25,880 nt of DNA, taken from the NCBI GenBank assembly GCA_030141605.1, contig JAQGDQ010001775.1, positions 1 to 25,880 on the forward strand. The letters run 5' to 3'. The notes under the pieces are model-generated. The model was given only the letters and a program-made list of their open reading frames with translations, was not told the DNA's origin and made no database searches. This stretch comes from Tubiluchus corallicola. Its lineage: Eukaryota > Animalia > Priapulida. The translations under genes were made by a program, and so were the position numbers. Positions 1 through 11,639 of the stretch are shown piece after piece (position 1 is the stretch's first letter; each line of letters opens with the position of its first letter).

Positions 1-48
1 TTTTGTCCTTCAATTCGTAAATTATTTACCTGTCTGTTTCTTTTACAG

Positions 49-111
49 GACAGCAATTTTTGTGCATTTTGTTAAAGATGGAGAAATTGTTGACGTTGAT
101 GATATCATGAG
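49..111 (+). CDS. CDH23: Cadherin-23/Cad87A-like gene, internal exon A (membrane-adjacent extracellular domain); gene starts upstream of window
   Basis: Acceptor tttcttttacag (AG 47-48), donor ag|gtaggc. Reads TAIFVHFVKDGEIVDVDDIM(R), resembling the CDH23 membrane-adjacent segment as I recall it (TELLIHVV..ILDVDRVI). Phase 2 matches exon B. Confidence 0.85.
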
Positions 112-376
112 GTAGGCATCCTGAATCAAAAGAGAAAATATAGGATATAGGTGGAGCTGCAGTTTCTGCAAGTAATGGAACCTGTGAAAGTCATGTATGT
201 GGTTGAAGTTGAACACTTGGTAGAAAAAGAAAGAACACTATATTACATATCTGCACAAAAACTGAAAACGTTTATTATACTTTATAGACATATGTAAAAT
301 GCCTGCTAAACTGTAAAATGCCTGCTAAACTACACATCATCAGGTCATTATCATCACCTTTATTATTTATTTCTAT

Positions 377-600
377 TCTTGCTGCTGCTGCTGTTGTTGT
401 TGTTGTTGTTGTTCTGCTGCTGTTACTGCTTTTCCTGTTGCTGTTGTAATTGTCGTTGCTGCCGTTGCTGTTGTTGTTGTTGTTGTTATTGTCGTTGCTA
501 TTGCCATTGTTGTCACTGCTCTGCTGCTGTTGCTGCTTGTTCCTGGCGCTGTTGTCGTTGTCATTGCCGTTGCTACCACTGCTGTTGCTCCCGGTTGTTC
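377..600. repeat. Degenerate (GTT/GCT)n trinucleotide repeat
   Basis: Directly visible; explains ORFs 373-648. Confidence 0.95.
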
Positions 601-766
601 CTTACAACAGCTTATTACCTTTTGCAGTTGAAATGGATACTTAGTTAAAAAAAGTTTAAACTAAGCAAGTAATTGTTATCATAAAATACATTGGAGTTTT
701 AGAGAATTGTATATTAAACACATTGCAGCAGCAAGTTCTAAAGTTCCTGTGTTTTTGTTGCTGTAG

Positions 767-833
767 AATTCTGGAAGAAAAATCAGATATCTTGGAACCA
801 TTCTACAAACGGTATCAGATTACAATCGCGAAG
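767..833 (+). CDS. CDH23: Cadherin exon B (membrane-adjacent domain)
   Basis: Acceptor tttttgttgctgtag, donor aag|gtgaga. Reads (R)ILEEKSDILEPFYKRYQITIAK; phase 2 in, phase 0 out. Confidence 0.85.
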
Positions 834-3800
834 GTGAGATTGGGTTTATTGAATTAAATCTATTCACGCTTAATTAAACATGGGGAGACAAATAGGGTGC
901 GTTCAGTAGCAGATCAGAAGCGTGAAGGTGAGACTGAGTTTATTGAATTAAATCTATTCATACTTAATTAAACACAGGGAGACATATAGGGTGCGTTCAG
1001 TATCAGATCAGAAGCTTGAAGGTGAGACTGAGTTTATTGAATTAAATCTATTCACACTTAATTAAACACAGGGAGACATATAGGGTACGTTCAGTATCTG
1101 ATCAGAAGCATGAAGGTGAGACTGAGTTTATTGAATTAAATCTATTCATACTTAATTAAACACAGGGAGACATATAGGGTGCGTTCAGTATCTGATCAGA
1201 AGCATGAAGGTGAGACTGAGTTTATTGAATTAAATCTATTCACACTTAATTAAACACAGGGAGACATATAGGGTACGTTCAGTATCTGATCAGAAGCATG
1301 AAGGTGAGACTGAGTTTATTGAATTAAATCTATTCACACTTAATTAAACACAGGGAGACATATAGGGTACGTTCAGTATCAGATCAGAAGCTTGAAGGTG
1401 AGACTGAGTTTATTGAATTAAATCTATTCACACTTAATTAAACATGGGGAGACATATAGGGTGCGTTCAGTAGCAGATCAGAAGCGTGAAGGTGAGACTG
1501 AGTTTATTGAATTAAATCTATTCACACTTAATTAAACACAGGGAGACATATAGGGTACGTTCAGTATCAGATCAGAAGCATGAAGGTGAGACTGAGTTTA
1601 TTGAATTAAATCTATTCACACTTAATTAAACACAGGGAGACATATAGGGTACGTTCAGTATCAGATCAGAAGCATGAAGGTGAGACTGAGTTTATTGAAT
1701 TAAATCTATTCACACTTAATTAAACACAGGGAGACATATAGGGTACGTTCAGTATCAGATCAGAAGCTTGAAGGTGAGACTGAGTTTATTGAATTAAATC
1801 TATTCACACTTAATTAAACACAGGGAGACATATAGGGTACGTTCAGTATCTGATCAGAAGCATGAAGGTGAGACTGAGTTTATTGAATTAAATCTATTCA
1901 CACTTAATTAAACACAGGGAGACATATAGGGTACGTTCAGTATCTGATCAGAAGCATGAAGGTGAGACTGAGTTTATTGAATTAAATCTATTCACACTTA
2001 ATTAAACACAGGGAGACATATAGGGTACGTTCAGTATCAGATCAGAAGCATGAAGGTGAGACTGAGTTTATTGAATTAAATCTATTCACACTTAATTAAA
2101 CACAGGGAGACATATAGGGTACGTTCAGTATCAGATCAGAAGCATGAAGGTGAGACTGAGTTTATTGAATTAAATCTATTCACACTTAATTAAACACAGG
2201 GAGACATATAGGGTACGTTCAGTATCAGATCAGAAGCATGAAGGTGAGACTGAGTTTATTGAATTAAATCTATTCACACTTAATTAAACACAGGGAGACA
2301 TATAGGGTACGTTCAGTATCAGATCAGAAGCATGAAGGTGAGACTGAGTTTATTGAATTAAATCTATTCACACTTAATTAAACACAGGGAGACATATAGG
2401 GTACGTTCAGTATCAGATCAGAAGCATGAAGGTGAGACTGAGTTTATTGAATTAAATCTATTCACACTTAATTAAACACAGGGAGACATATAGGGTACGT
2501 TCAGTATCAGATCAGAAGCATGAAGGTGAGACTGAGTTTATTGAATTAAATCTATTCACACTTAATTAAACACAGGGAGACATATAGGGTACGTTCAGTA
2601 TCTGATCAGAAGCATGAAGGTGAGACTGAGTTTATTGAATTAAATCTATTCACACTTAATTAAACACAGGGAGACATATAGGGTACGTTCAGTATCTGAT
2701 CAGAAGCATGAAGGTGAGACTGAGTTTATTGAATTAAATCTATTCACACTTAATTAAACACAGGGAGACATATAGGGTACGTTCAGTATCTGATCAGAAG
2801 CATGAAGGTGAGACTGAGTTTATTGAATTAAATCTATTCACACTTAATTAAACACAGGGAGACATATAGGGTACGTTCAGTATCTGATCAGAAGCATGAA
2901 GGTGAGACTGAGTTTATTGAATTAAATCTATTCACACTTAATTAAACGCAGGGAGACATATAGGGTACGTTCAGTATCAGATCAGAAGCATGAAGGTGAG
3001 ACTGAGTTTATTGAATTAAATCTATTCACACTTAATTAAACACAGGGAGACATATAGGGTACGTTCAGTATCAGATCAGAAGCTTGAAGGTGAGACTGAG
3101 TTTATTGAATTAAATCTATTCACACTTAATTAAACACAGGGAGAGATATAGGGTACGTTCAGTATCAGATCAGAAGCATGAAGGTGAGACTGAGTTTATT
3201 GAATTAAATCTATTCATACTTAATTAAACACAGGGAGACATATAGGGTACGTTCAGTATCTGATCAGAAGCATGAAGGTGAGATTGAGTTTATTGAATTA
3301 AATCTATTCACACTTAATTAAACACAGGGAGAGATATAGGGTACGTTCAGTATCAGATCAGAAGCATGAAGGTGAGACTGAGTTTATTGAATTAAATCTA
3401 TTCATACTTAATTAAACACAATGAGAGATATAGGGTACGTTCAGTATCAGATCAGAAGCATGAAGGTGAGACTGAGTTTATTGAATTAAATCTATTCCCA
3501 CTTAATTAAACACAGGGAGAGATATAGGGTACGTTCAGTATCAGATCAGAAGCATGAAGGTGAGACTGAGTTTATTGAATTAAATCTATTCATACTTAAT
3601 TAAACACAGGGAGACATATAGGGTATGTTCAGTATCAGATCAGAAGCATGAAGGTGAGACTGAGTTTATTGAATTAAATCTATTCACACTTAATTAAACA
3701 CAGGGAGACATATAGGGTACGTTCAGTATCAGATCAGAAGCATGAAGGTGAGACTGAGTTTATTGAATTAAATCTATTCATACTTAATTAAACACAGGGA

Positions 3801-4077
3801 GAGATATAGGGTACGTTCAGTATCAGATCAGAAGCATGAAGGTGAGACTGAGTTTATTGAATTAAATCTATTCATACTTAATTAAACACAGGGAGAGATA
3901 TAGGGTACGTTCAGTATCAGATCAGAAGCATGAAGGTGAGACTGAGTTTATTGAATTAAATCTATTCACACTTAATTAAACACAGGGAGACATATAGGGT
4001 ACGTTCAGTATCTGATCAGAAGCATGAAGGTTAGACTGAGTTTATTGAATTAAATCTATTCACACTTAATTAAACAC
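810..4077. repeat. 94-bp tandem minisatellite, ~35 copies, starting inside exon B
   Basis: aag|gt recurs at 831, 925, 1019 ... 4027 (34 x 94); units nearly identical. Confidence 0.98.
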
Positions 4078-4587
4078 TGATAAAAGTGTAGTCTGAGTAG
4101 CGTGGTTAGTAGAATTTACCAATAATAGTATTATGATCTAATTATTAAACCACATCCATTAAAGCCCTGTTTTGTGCAGTGTTCTGCTAAGGTAATACAA
4201 GATGCAGTTGAAGAATATGCCGGCACGCGGCTTTTAAGCACGTGTCAACTGACAGTACACACTGCATGAGGGACAGTACTCTTTCTACCTAAAGTGCAGA
4301 ATCACATCTCAGTCGTGCGCATGGCCGCCTGCCCACGGCAGCCAAACTTCGTGTTGGTTGAATTGTAAAGTGCACAGTGTTGGGTTGTGAAGCATGTGCT
4401 CTGCACTATACAAGTATAAAGAAAGAAAAAAGAAAAAAGACTTATATTGAATATTGTCGATACTATTGATTGAAAGTAGGGGGTGCTGCAGTACCACATC
4501 ACCTATACACAAGCTACCACTGGGACTCATAACTACAAACAGCATTTACACTCATCATCATTTATAATTTCTCTTTTTTACTTCTAG

Positions 4588-4718
4588 CGGGCATACAGTG
4601 ACGAAGTTAAAGAGACAAACCCTTTAGAAATCTATCTAATAATGCTAATTATAAGCAATTCTGTTCTCCTTCTTCTCATCTTGGCTTTAGTAGCAATCTG
4701 GCACTACGAGAATAAAAA
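4588..4718 (+). CDS. CDH23: Cadherin exon C (transmembrane helix)
   Basis: Acceptor ctcttttttacttctag, donor aa|gtacgt. Reads RAYSDEVKETNPLEIYLIMLIISNSVLLLLILALVAIWHYENK(K): a hydrophobic run followed by basic residues. Confidence 0.9.
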
Positions 4719-5008
4719 GTACGTATAGTTTTATTTTGAATGCGCTTCTTCAAGATGGCTTCTTTAATATGGCTTTGTCATTTGCTTTAAGGCTGCATTA
4801 GTAAAATACGTAAATACAGGGTGGCTCAAAAGTTGCTCATTAATTTGAAAAGTGATTAAAAGTTGATAGTTATTAAAGCAAGAAGTTAAGTGACAATTTC
4901 ATGACCGAGTTTGTGATTCGTGATTCATTCAGTGGAATTAAACTTGGCTTCATCTGTCTACTGTGGTGATTTTAATTTAGATTGTATACAATCACTGTTT
5001 TATATATA

Positions 5009-5160
5009 CAGTAAATCCTCGCTTAACGACGCTGAGTCGTACCAGCAAAATGCGATATTAAACAAAACGTAGTAAAACGAAACCAAAACTTCCATAGAAA
5101 GTAACGTAAAGGAATTGAGATGCGTTCCAAAAACCAATGCTGCTTAAATCACATTTTATG
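5009..5160 (+). mobile_element. pogo/Tigger-like DNA transposon left-end fragment
   Basis: TA|CAGTAAATCCTCGCTTAACGAC terminus is typical of Tigger-like TIRs; no matching right TIR seen. Confidence 0.5.
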
Positions 5161-5672
5161 AGTTTCTCTAATGTTTCTGCTAATTAATTTCTTCCTTCTC
5201 GCTTAAAACCGCTCCTCCTTCTTACCAATACGTACCTAGCTAGCAGTTTCTCTATGGTTTCTACTAATTAATTTCTTCCTTCTCGCTTAAAACCACTTAT
5301 CCTTCTTACCAATACGTACCTAGCTAGCAGTTTCTCTATGGTTTCTACTAATTAATTTCTTCCTTCTCGCTTAAAACCACTTATCCTTCTTACCAATACG
5401 TACCTAGCTAGCAGTTTCTCTATGGTTTCTACTAATTAATTTCTTCCTTCTCGCTTAAAACCACTTATCCTTCTTACCAATACGTACCTAGCTAGCAGTT
5501 TCTCTATGGTTTCTACTAATTAATTTCTTCCTTCTCGCTTAAAACCACTTATCCTTCTTACCAATACGTACCTAGCTAGCAGTTTCTCTATGGTTTCTAC
5601 TAATTAATTTCTTTCTGCTCGCTTAAAACCACTTATCCTTCCTACCAATACGTACCAAACTAGCAGTTTCTC
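5161..5672. repeat. 84-bp tandem repeat, ~6 copies
   Basis: cttaccaatacg at 5221, 5305, 5389 etc. Confidence 0.97.
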
Positions 5673-6192
5673 TTTCATTAAGGTTTAAGTCTAGGCAGCC
5701 ATTGAATAATAAACACTGTAGAGTCAAAACCAAGCACTACATGAAATGACCTTGGAATTTTATCCTACCAGAGCACTGCATCATTTACTACCTAGTCTGG
5801 TTGCTATGGAAACAGATTGCAGGTAGAATTTCTTCCCAAAAAGTTTGCTCACAGATCTCACAGTTCACAGAAATAGCCGCTAGTGTAGTAGTCAGTCGTG
5901 AAGCAAAAACATGATCATTAATTACATTATTTACATTACTAAAGCACTTTTAAGACAGAATAACGCAATATCAGCCATTTCAATGCTTCAAATTAAGTAA
6001 AAATCTTGCTGATCAATGAAAATTGGCTTTCAGCAAAGTAAAAAAATTGCTATAATTTTCTCATGCATGAAATTAAGTTAAGATTAATGTACCATAAGAG
6101 TTATTATATGTAAAATTTAGCCAAACAGAATGCGTTTTGTGAAACACTTTAGAATGAAGATTTGTACATTTGCTACAAGCTTTTGGTTCGAT

Positions 6193-7493
6193 TTCTGCTT
6201 GCGTAATTGCTTACAATGGCAGCCATGTTTGTTCAAGATGCAAACTGCAAAGTTCTGCTTGCTTGGTTGCTTACAATGGCTGCCATATTTGTTCAAGATG
6301 TAAACAGCATAGCTCTGCTTGTTTGGTTGCTTACAAGGGCAGCCATATTTGTTCAAGATGTAAACAGCATAGCTCTGCTTGCTTAGTTACTTACAATGGC
6401 AGCCATATTTGTTCAAGATGCAAACTGCAAAGTTCTGCTTGCTTACAATGGCAGCCATATTTGTTCAAGATGAAAACTGCAAAGTTCTGCTTGCTGGGTT
6501 GCATACAATGGCAGCCATATTTGTTCAAGATGCAAACTGCAAAGTTCTGCTTGCTGGGTTGCTTACAATGGCAGCCATATTTGTTCAAGATGCAAACTGC
6601 AAAGTTCTGCTTGCTGGGTTGCTTACAATGGCAGCCATGTTTGTTCAAGATGCAAACTGCAAAGTTCTGCTTGCTTGGTTGCTTACAATGGCTGCCATAT
6701 TTGTTCAAGATGTAAACAGCATAGCTCTGCTTGTTTGGTTGCTTACAAGGGCAGCCATATTTGTTCCAGATGTAAACAGCATAGCTCTGCTTGCTTAGTT
6801 ACTTACAATGGCAGCCATATTTGTTCAAGATGCAAACTGCAAAGTTCTGCTTGCTTACAATGGCAGCCATATTTGTTCAAGATGAAAACTGCAAAGTTCT
6901 GCTTGCTGGGTTGCATACAATGGCAGCCATATTTGTTCAAGATGCAAACTGCAAAGTTCTGCTTGCTGGGTTGCTTACAATGGCAGCCATATTTGTTCAA
7001 GATGCAAACTGCAAAGTTCTGCTTGCTGGGTTGCTTACAATGGCAGCCATGTTTGTTCAAGATGCAAACTGCAAAGTTCTGCTTGCTTGGTTGCTTACAA
7101 TGGCTGCCATATTTGTTCAAGATGTAAACAGCATAGCTCTGCTTGTTTGGTTGCTTACAAGGGCAGCCATATTTGTTCAAGATTCAAACAGCATAGTTCT
7201 GCTTGCTTAGTTACCTACAATGGCAGCCATATTTGTTCAAGATGCAAACTGCAAAGTTCTGCTTGCTTACAATGGCAGCCATATTTGTTCAAGATGAAAA
7301 CTGCAAAGTTCTGCTTGCTGGGTTGCATACAATGGCAGCCATATTTGTTCAAGATGCAAACTGCAAAGTTCTGCTTGCTTGGTTGCTTACAATGGCAGCC
7401 ATATTTGTTCAAGATGCAAACTGCAAAGTTCTGCTTGCTGGGTTGCTTACAATGGCAGCCATATTTGTTCAAGATGCAAAGTTCTGCTTGCTG
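6193..7493. repeat. 60-bp satellite (~22 monomers) with a 412-bp higher-order period
   Basis: A 52-bp deleted monomer recurs near 6435, 6847 and 7259; ORF starts 6379/6791/7203 are 412 apart. Confidence 0.97.
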
Positions 7494-7748
7494 TTATTAT
7501 TCTAGACAAATGTTGCTGTACGTCTTCACAAAACTGTGAATGTTGTCTACGTCTAGCTCTGAGTCAACGCAAAACTGTGAATGTTACACGGTTATGGCTG
7601 TGTCTGTGTATCAAGTAAGATGATTCTTTCTGTGTACTTGCTTTATTGTAAATGCTTAAATGCACTGACTTTTTCAAATTCTTTTTTTTTAGTTAAAACA
7701 AAATATACAGCAACTTTTTACACAGATTTTCCCTTGTGCACTAAAATT

Positions 7749-8306
7749 GGTAAGGTTCTAGCTAGCTGTTAAACTGTTACTGTTACAACTAGGTAAAGTT
7801 CTAGCTAGCTGTTAAACTGTTACTGTTACAACTAGGTAAGGTTCTAGCTAGCTGTTAAACTGTTACTGTTACAACTAGGTAAGGTTCTAGCTAGCTGTTA
7901 AACTGTTACTGTTACAATTAGGTAAGGTTCTAGCTAGCTGTTAAACTGTTACTGTTACAACTAGGTAAGGTTCTAGCTAGCTGTTAAACTGTTACTGTTA
8001 CAACTAGGTAAGGTTCTAGCTAGCTGTTAAACTGTTACTGTTACAACTAGGTAAGGTTCTAGCTAGCTGTTAAACTGTTACTGTTACAATTAGGTAAGGT
8101 TCTAGCTAGCTGTTAAACTGTTACTGTTACAACTAGGTAAGGTTCTAGCTAGCTGTTAAACTGTTACTGTTACAACTAGGTAAAGTTCTAGCTAGCTGTT
8201 AAACTGTTACTGTTACAACTAGGTAAAGTTCTAGCTAGCTGTTAAACTGTTACTGTTACAACTAGGTAAGGTTCTAGCTAGCTGTTAAAACTGTTACTAT
8301 TACAAC
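7749..8306. repeat. 43-bp tandem repeat, ~13 copies
   Basis: Unit ggtaaggttctagctagctgttaaactgttactgttacaacta at 7749, 7792 etc. Confidence 0.97.
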
Positions 8307-8417
8307 AGCGAGGGCTGCGAGGTGTTTTTAAGTGTACACAAATACGTTGTATGGTACACTTGACCTTTGACCTTTTCACGATCATCATCAATCACTGAAA
8401 CTGTGAAAATGCTCATT
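8273..8417 (+). mobile_element. Dispersed repeat, copy A (145 bp; family unresolved, possibly Helitron/Helentron-like)
   Basis: Ungapped reverse complement of 15413-15557; I count 18 mismatches in 145. Confidence 0.8.
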
Positions 8418-8509
8418 GCATTCAGACACTGCACTTTCTTTTGTATGATATTGTTAAACTTCATACTTTTCGCACGTTAACTATCTATATTCTTGTCTTA
8501 TATTTCCAG

Positions 8510-8550
8510 GAACAAAAGGAAGCTTAAGGCAGCTACTGCTCAAATGTTTG
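8510..8550 (+). CDS. CDH23: Cadherin exon D (juxtamembrane cytoplasmic)
   Basis: Acceptor tatttccag, donor g|gtaagt. Reads (K)NKRKLKAATAQMF(G); KRKLKA is typical of CDH23/Cad87A tails. Confidence 0.9.
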
Positions 8551-8616
8551 GTAAGTTTGCTTGTAAATTATAGAATTCTTTCTTATGCACCAATAAACAA
8601 GCATCTTAATCATCAC

Positions 8617-8738
8617 TAACAATATTATTTCATTATAACAATAATAATAACAATATTATTTCATTATAACAATAATGATAACAATATTATTTCATTATAA
8701 CAATAATAATAACAATATTATTTTATTGTAACAATAAT
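8617..8738. repeat. 31-bp AT-rich tandem repeat, ~4 copies
   Basis: caatattattt at 8620, 8651, 8682, 8713. Confidence 0.9.
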
Positions 8739-9190
8739 ATACAATGCAGGCATTCTTGTGCTTTAGTCTTATTTCACATTACTGTCTCCAGAAACCTCAA
8801 AAACATCTGAAACACGTGACTGGAAAAAAACTCCAAAAATTGATGTACACTCCTTGCATTGTTGTAAGTTTCAAATTCTTTAAAGTCAAAGAAGAAGTTT
8901 GTGTCTGAAAAAGACCTCACAAAATGTCTAAAAATGCAGAAAATGCATTTGATTTCATCCAAAGTTTAGACGCCCTAATTGGCGCTTGACTCTTGCTTTC
9001 GGTTTGTGACCAGCTGGCAACCCTAATGCAGAATCAGCCAGAAACAGCTAAGTAGACACCTTGAACTTAACTTTATTGCTCTCCGGGTGTCTTTTATTGT
9101 ACTTAGTGTAAAAAATTGTTTATTTTACCTATTTTAGTTGATTAATGTGTAATTATTTATTTCATAATAATAGTAATTAAATCATTTCAG

Positions 9191-9260
9191 GCAATCAAGA
9201 ATTTGATGATAACCCACAAAGATTCAAAGTTCCTAATACCAATCAGTACGCTCATGAGTG
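9191..9260 (+). CDS. CDH23: Cadherin exon E (cytoplasmic)
   Basis: Acceptor atcatttcag, donor tg|gtgagt. Reads (G)NQEFDDNPQRFKVPNTNQYAHE(C), with the PNTN motif. Confidence 0.9.
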
Positions 9261-9429
9261 GTGAGTATAAACTGAGTGCTGATGAAATTCCTCTTAAAAA
9301 TAATTTACTACACAGTGGAAATCCCATTATAAATCTTTTTCTAGGTTAAGACACGAATCATTACATGTTTAAAATACCTACCCACTTATAGCCATCTTAT
9401 TTTTTGCTCAAACAAAGTATTTATAATAG

Positions 9430-9980
9430 GTTGTTTAAATGTTTGTTATTTTCTAACTGAGTGTGGTGTGTTGTTGTTAATGTCAGTTACTCGCTAACTA
9501 ACTGTGGTGTGTTGTTGTTAATGTCAGTTACTCGCTAACTAACTGTGGTGTGTTGTTGTTAATGTCAGTTACTCGCTAACTAACTGTGGTGTGTTGTTGT
9601 TAATGTCAGTTACTCGCTAACTAACTGTGGTGTGTTGTTGTTAATGTCAGTTACTCGCTAACTAACTGTGGTGTGTTGTTGTTAATGTCAGTTACTCGCT
9701 AACTAACTGTGGTGTGTTGTTGTTAATGTCAGTTACTCGCTAACTAACTGTGGCGTTTTAGCATCAATGCTCAGTTACTTTGGAACTGACTGTGGTGTGT
9801 TGTTGTTAATGTCAGTTACTGTCTAACTAACTGTAGTGTGTTGGTATAAATGTTTATGTACTTTCTAACTGACTGTGGTGTGTTACCATGAATGCTCATT
9901 TACTTTATAACTAACTGTATTGAGTTAGCATAAATGCTGGCTTACTTTCTAACTAACTATTGTGTGCTACTATAAATGCT
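9430..9980. repeat. 41-bp tandem repeat: ~7 identical units (9463-9753) with degenerate flanking units
   Basis: gtggtgtgttgttgttaatgtcagttactcgctaactaact at 9463, 9504 etc. Confidence 0.93.
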
Positions 9981-10260
9981 CCGTTGTACCTGCACAACAT
10001 TGGCAATTTCCATGTTCTGATCGAGTGCTACGTCGCTAGTTTATTTACCGTTAATATATAAATATTTACCGTATACATTAAAATAAATTACAGTAATATT
10101 TGTTAATCTTGTGAAGTAATGTCAAGATGCGAACATTCTCTTATGTGAAGTATCACAGTATGAGTGTGTTCATTCAGTCCAGCGTATAATGAAGAATTAT
10201 TTCTTTACATATTCGTATTGTAGACGACTCTTTAGCGACATCTTACAAAAACATATCATA

Positions 10261-10336
10261 AGTATAAGTCGACCCCAAAAATTTCACCTTAAAATCGCCT
10301 CCAAAAAATTCGACTTGTACATAAGTATATATGGTA
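10261..10336. mobile_element. Tc1/pogo-type MITE terminal fragment
   Basis: agtataagtcgacccc...cgacttgtacataagtatatatgg|ta resembles the common CGACTTATACTCGAGTATATACGG|TA terminus. Confidence 0.5.
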
Positions 10337-10408
10337 TATAAATACTGGGTATGTAATATTAAACTTGTTTATACAACAAAGTTAATGTGTGTTTCTCTGT
10401 ATTTTTAG

Positions 10409-10498
10409 TGCTAATCCTATCTGGTTGGATCAAGAATTTGACAATAGAGCATTTGAGGACAATTATGATAACACTGATGATGACGATCGATCAGACGG
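10409..10498 (+). CDS. CDH23: Cadherin exon F (cytoplasmic)
   Basis: Acceptor tttctctgtatttttag, donor gg|gtacgg. Reads (C)ANPIWLDQEFDNRAFEDNYDNTDDDDRSD(G), completing PNTNxYxxxxANP[IV]WLD as in CDH23. Confidence 0.88.
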
Positions 10499-11236
10499 GT
10501 ACGGAGTTTAGTTCATGTTCGTTATTGATTTGAAATATTAATGTTAATTTATTATAATATTTTATGACATTAGTTATTGTTTCATGAGTAGCTTAATTTC
10601 TTTAGGACCATAAGAGTTAGCCATTTTTACATAAGTTCATGAAAAACTGCTCTCACTAAGCAGTGATTATGATATATTTCATAATTTTTGCAGGTTTCTA
10701 CTGCTCATAAAATGGATTTTATGCAAAATTATACATGAAATGCATTAGCTTACCTTAGACAAATTAAAAATCGATTTTTGATGAATGAAAAGCTTGTTCG
10801 TGATTCATATTTTGCTGCTTCTGCTCGTGTTTTTACGTCGGACATTCCAAAATGATATTTATAAATCATTTTTTCTTTTGGGCTGCTTAACTGTGGAATT
10901 TATTATGTCAAAAATGTTTTAAAGTTAACTACAAACTTGTCCACTGTCTCCTGTCACTAGCAAACTAGCTACAACATTGTTAAGATCTTGTGACATTTTC
11001 ACCTTTCTTTAGCCCGTTAGATGGAGCCACCTGTCAACACGGCCGTCTGCATCTTTCTCTATTAAAAGTAGAGTTAGTAAAACCTTAAATATTGACTTAG
11101 AGCCATTCTACGATCATGTGGTACGAATTTTAGGTACTGAAACAGTTAATTAGTCCTATATAACAGATATCTAGTGAACTTATGATTCCTTTCTTCCGTT
11201 GCTACATCTGATCGTCATGGTAACCAGTATCATCTA

Positions 11237-11639
11237 CAGTGTTTACTCGCTACTTCGCAGTTCGTTTATCGCGGACTCACTGTTTCACGGGTTTTCAAAA
11301 ATATTATTTCACTGTTTCTCGGGTTTTTGTGGTACTCCGTCTAAAGTATTTTTGCACGTGCGTAGTACGTGTTGTACAGTAATGTATAGATTTAATGAAT
11401 TTTGCATAAAAAAATCATAAAGTGTATAAGAATATATTAAAAATATTAATTCTAACATTAAAAGAATATTATAAATCATAAAAAATACCATTTACAGTAA
11501 ATAGTGTATTTATTCGGCGGATGAATACACACCAAAAACAAAATGTAGTACTTGCGCCCGTTACTACTACGAAGTAGGGACGCTAATAAGTATGACGTCT
11601 ACTTCGCGGAAATTCACTTATCTGGGTGAGGGAACTCTG
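11237..11639. mobile_element. Tigger/pogo-like MITE with TA target duplication
   Basis: TA|CAGTGTTTACTCGC ... GTGAGGGAACTCTG|TA (10/14 TIR match), with subterminal TTCGCGGA/TATCGCGGA motifs. Confidence 0.7.

Noticed and set aside
293-330. 19-bp direct duplication tgtaaaatgcctgctaaac
   Set aside because: Simple two-copy slippage with no associated structure.
6117-7618. Cys-rich ORFs (CSRCK, CHCKQ) resembling zinc fingers or metallothionein
   Set aside because: They are translations of the 60-bp satellite in several frames on both strands, frameshifted at each 52-bp monomer, and lie in a cadherin intron.
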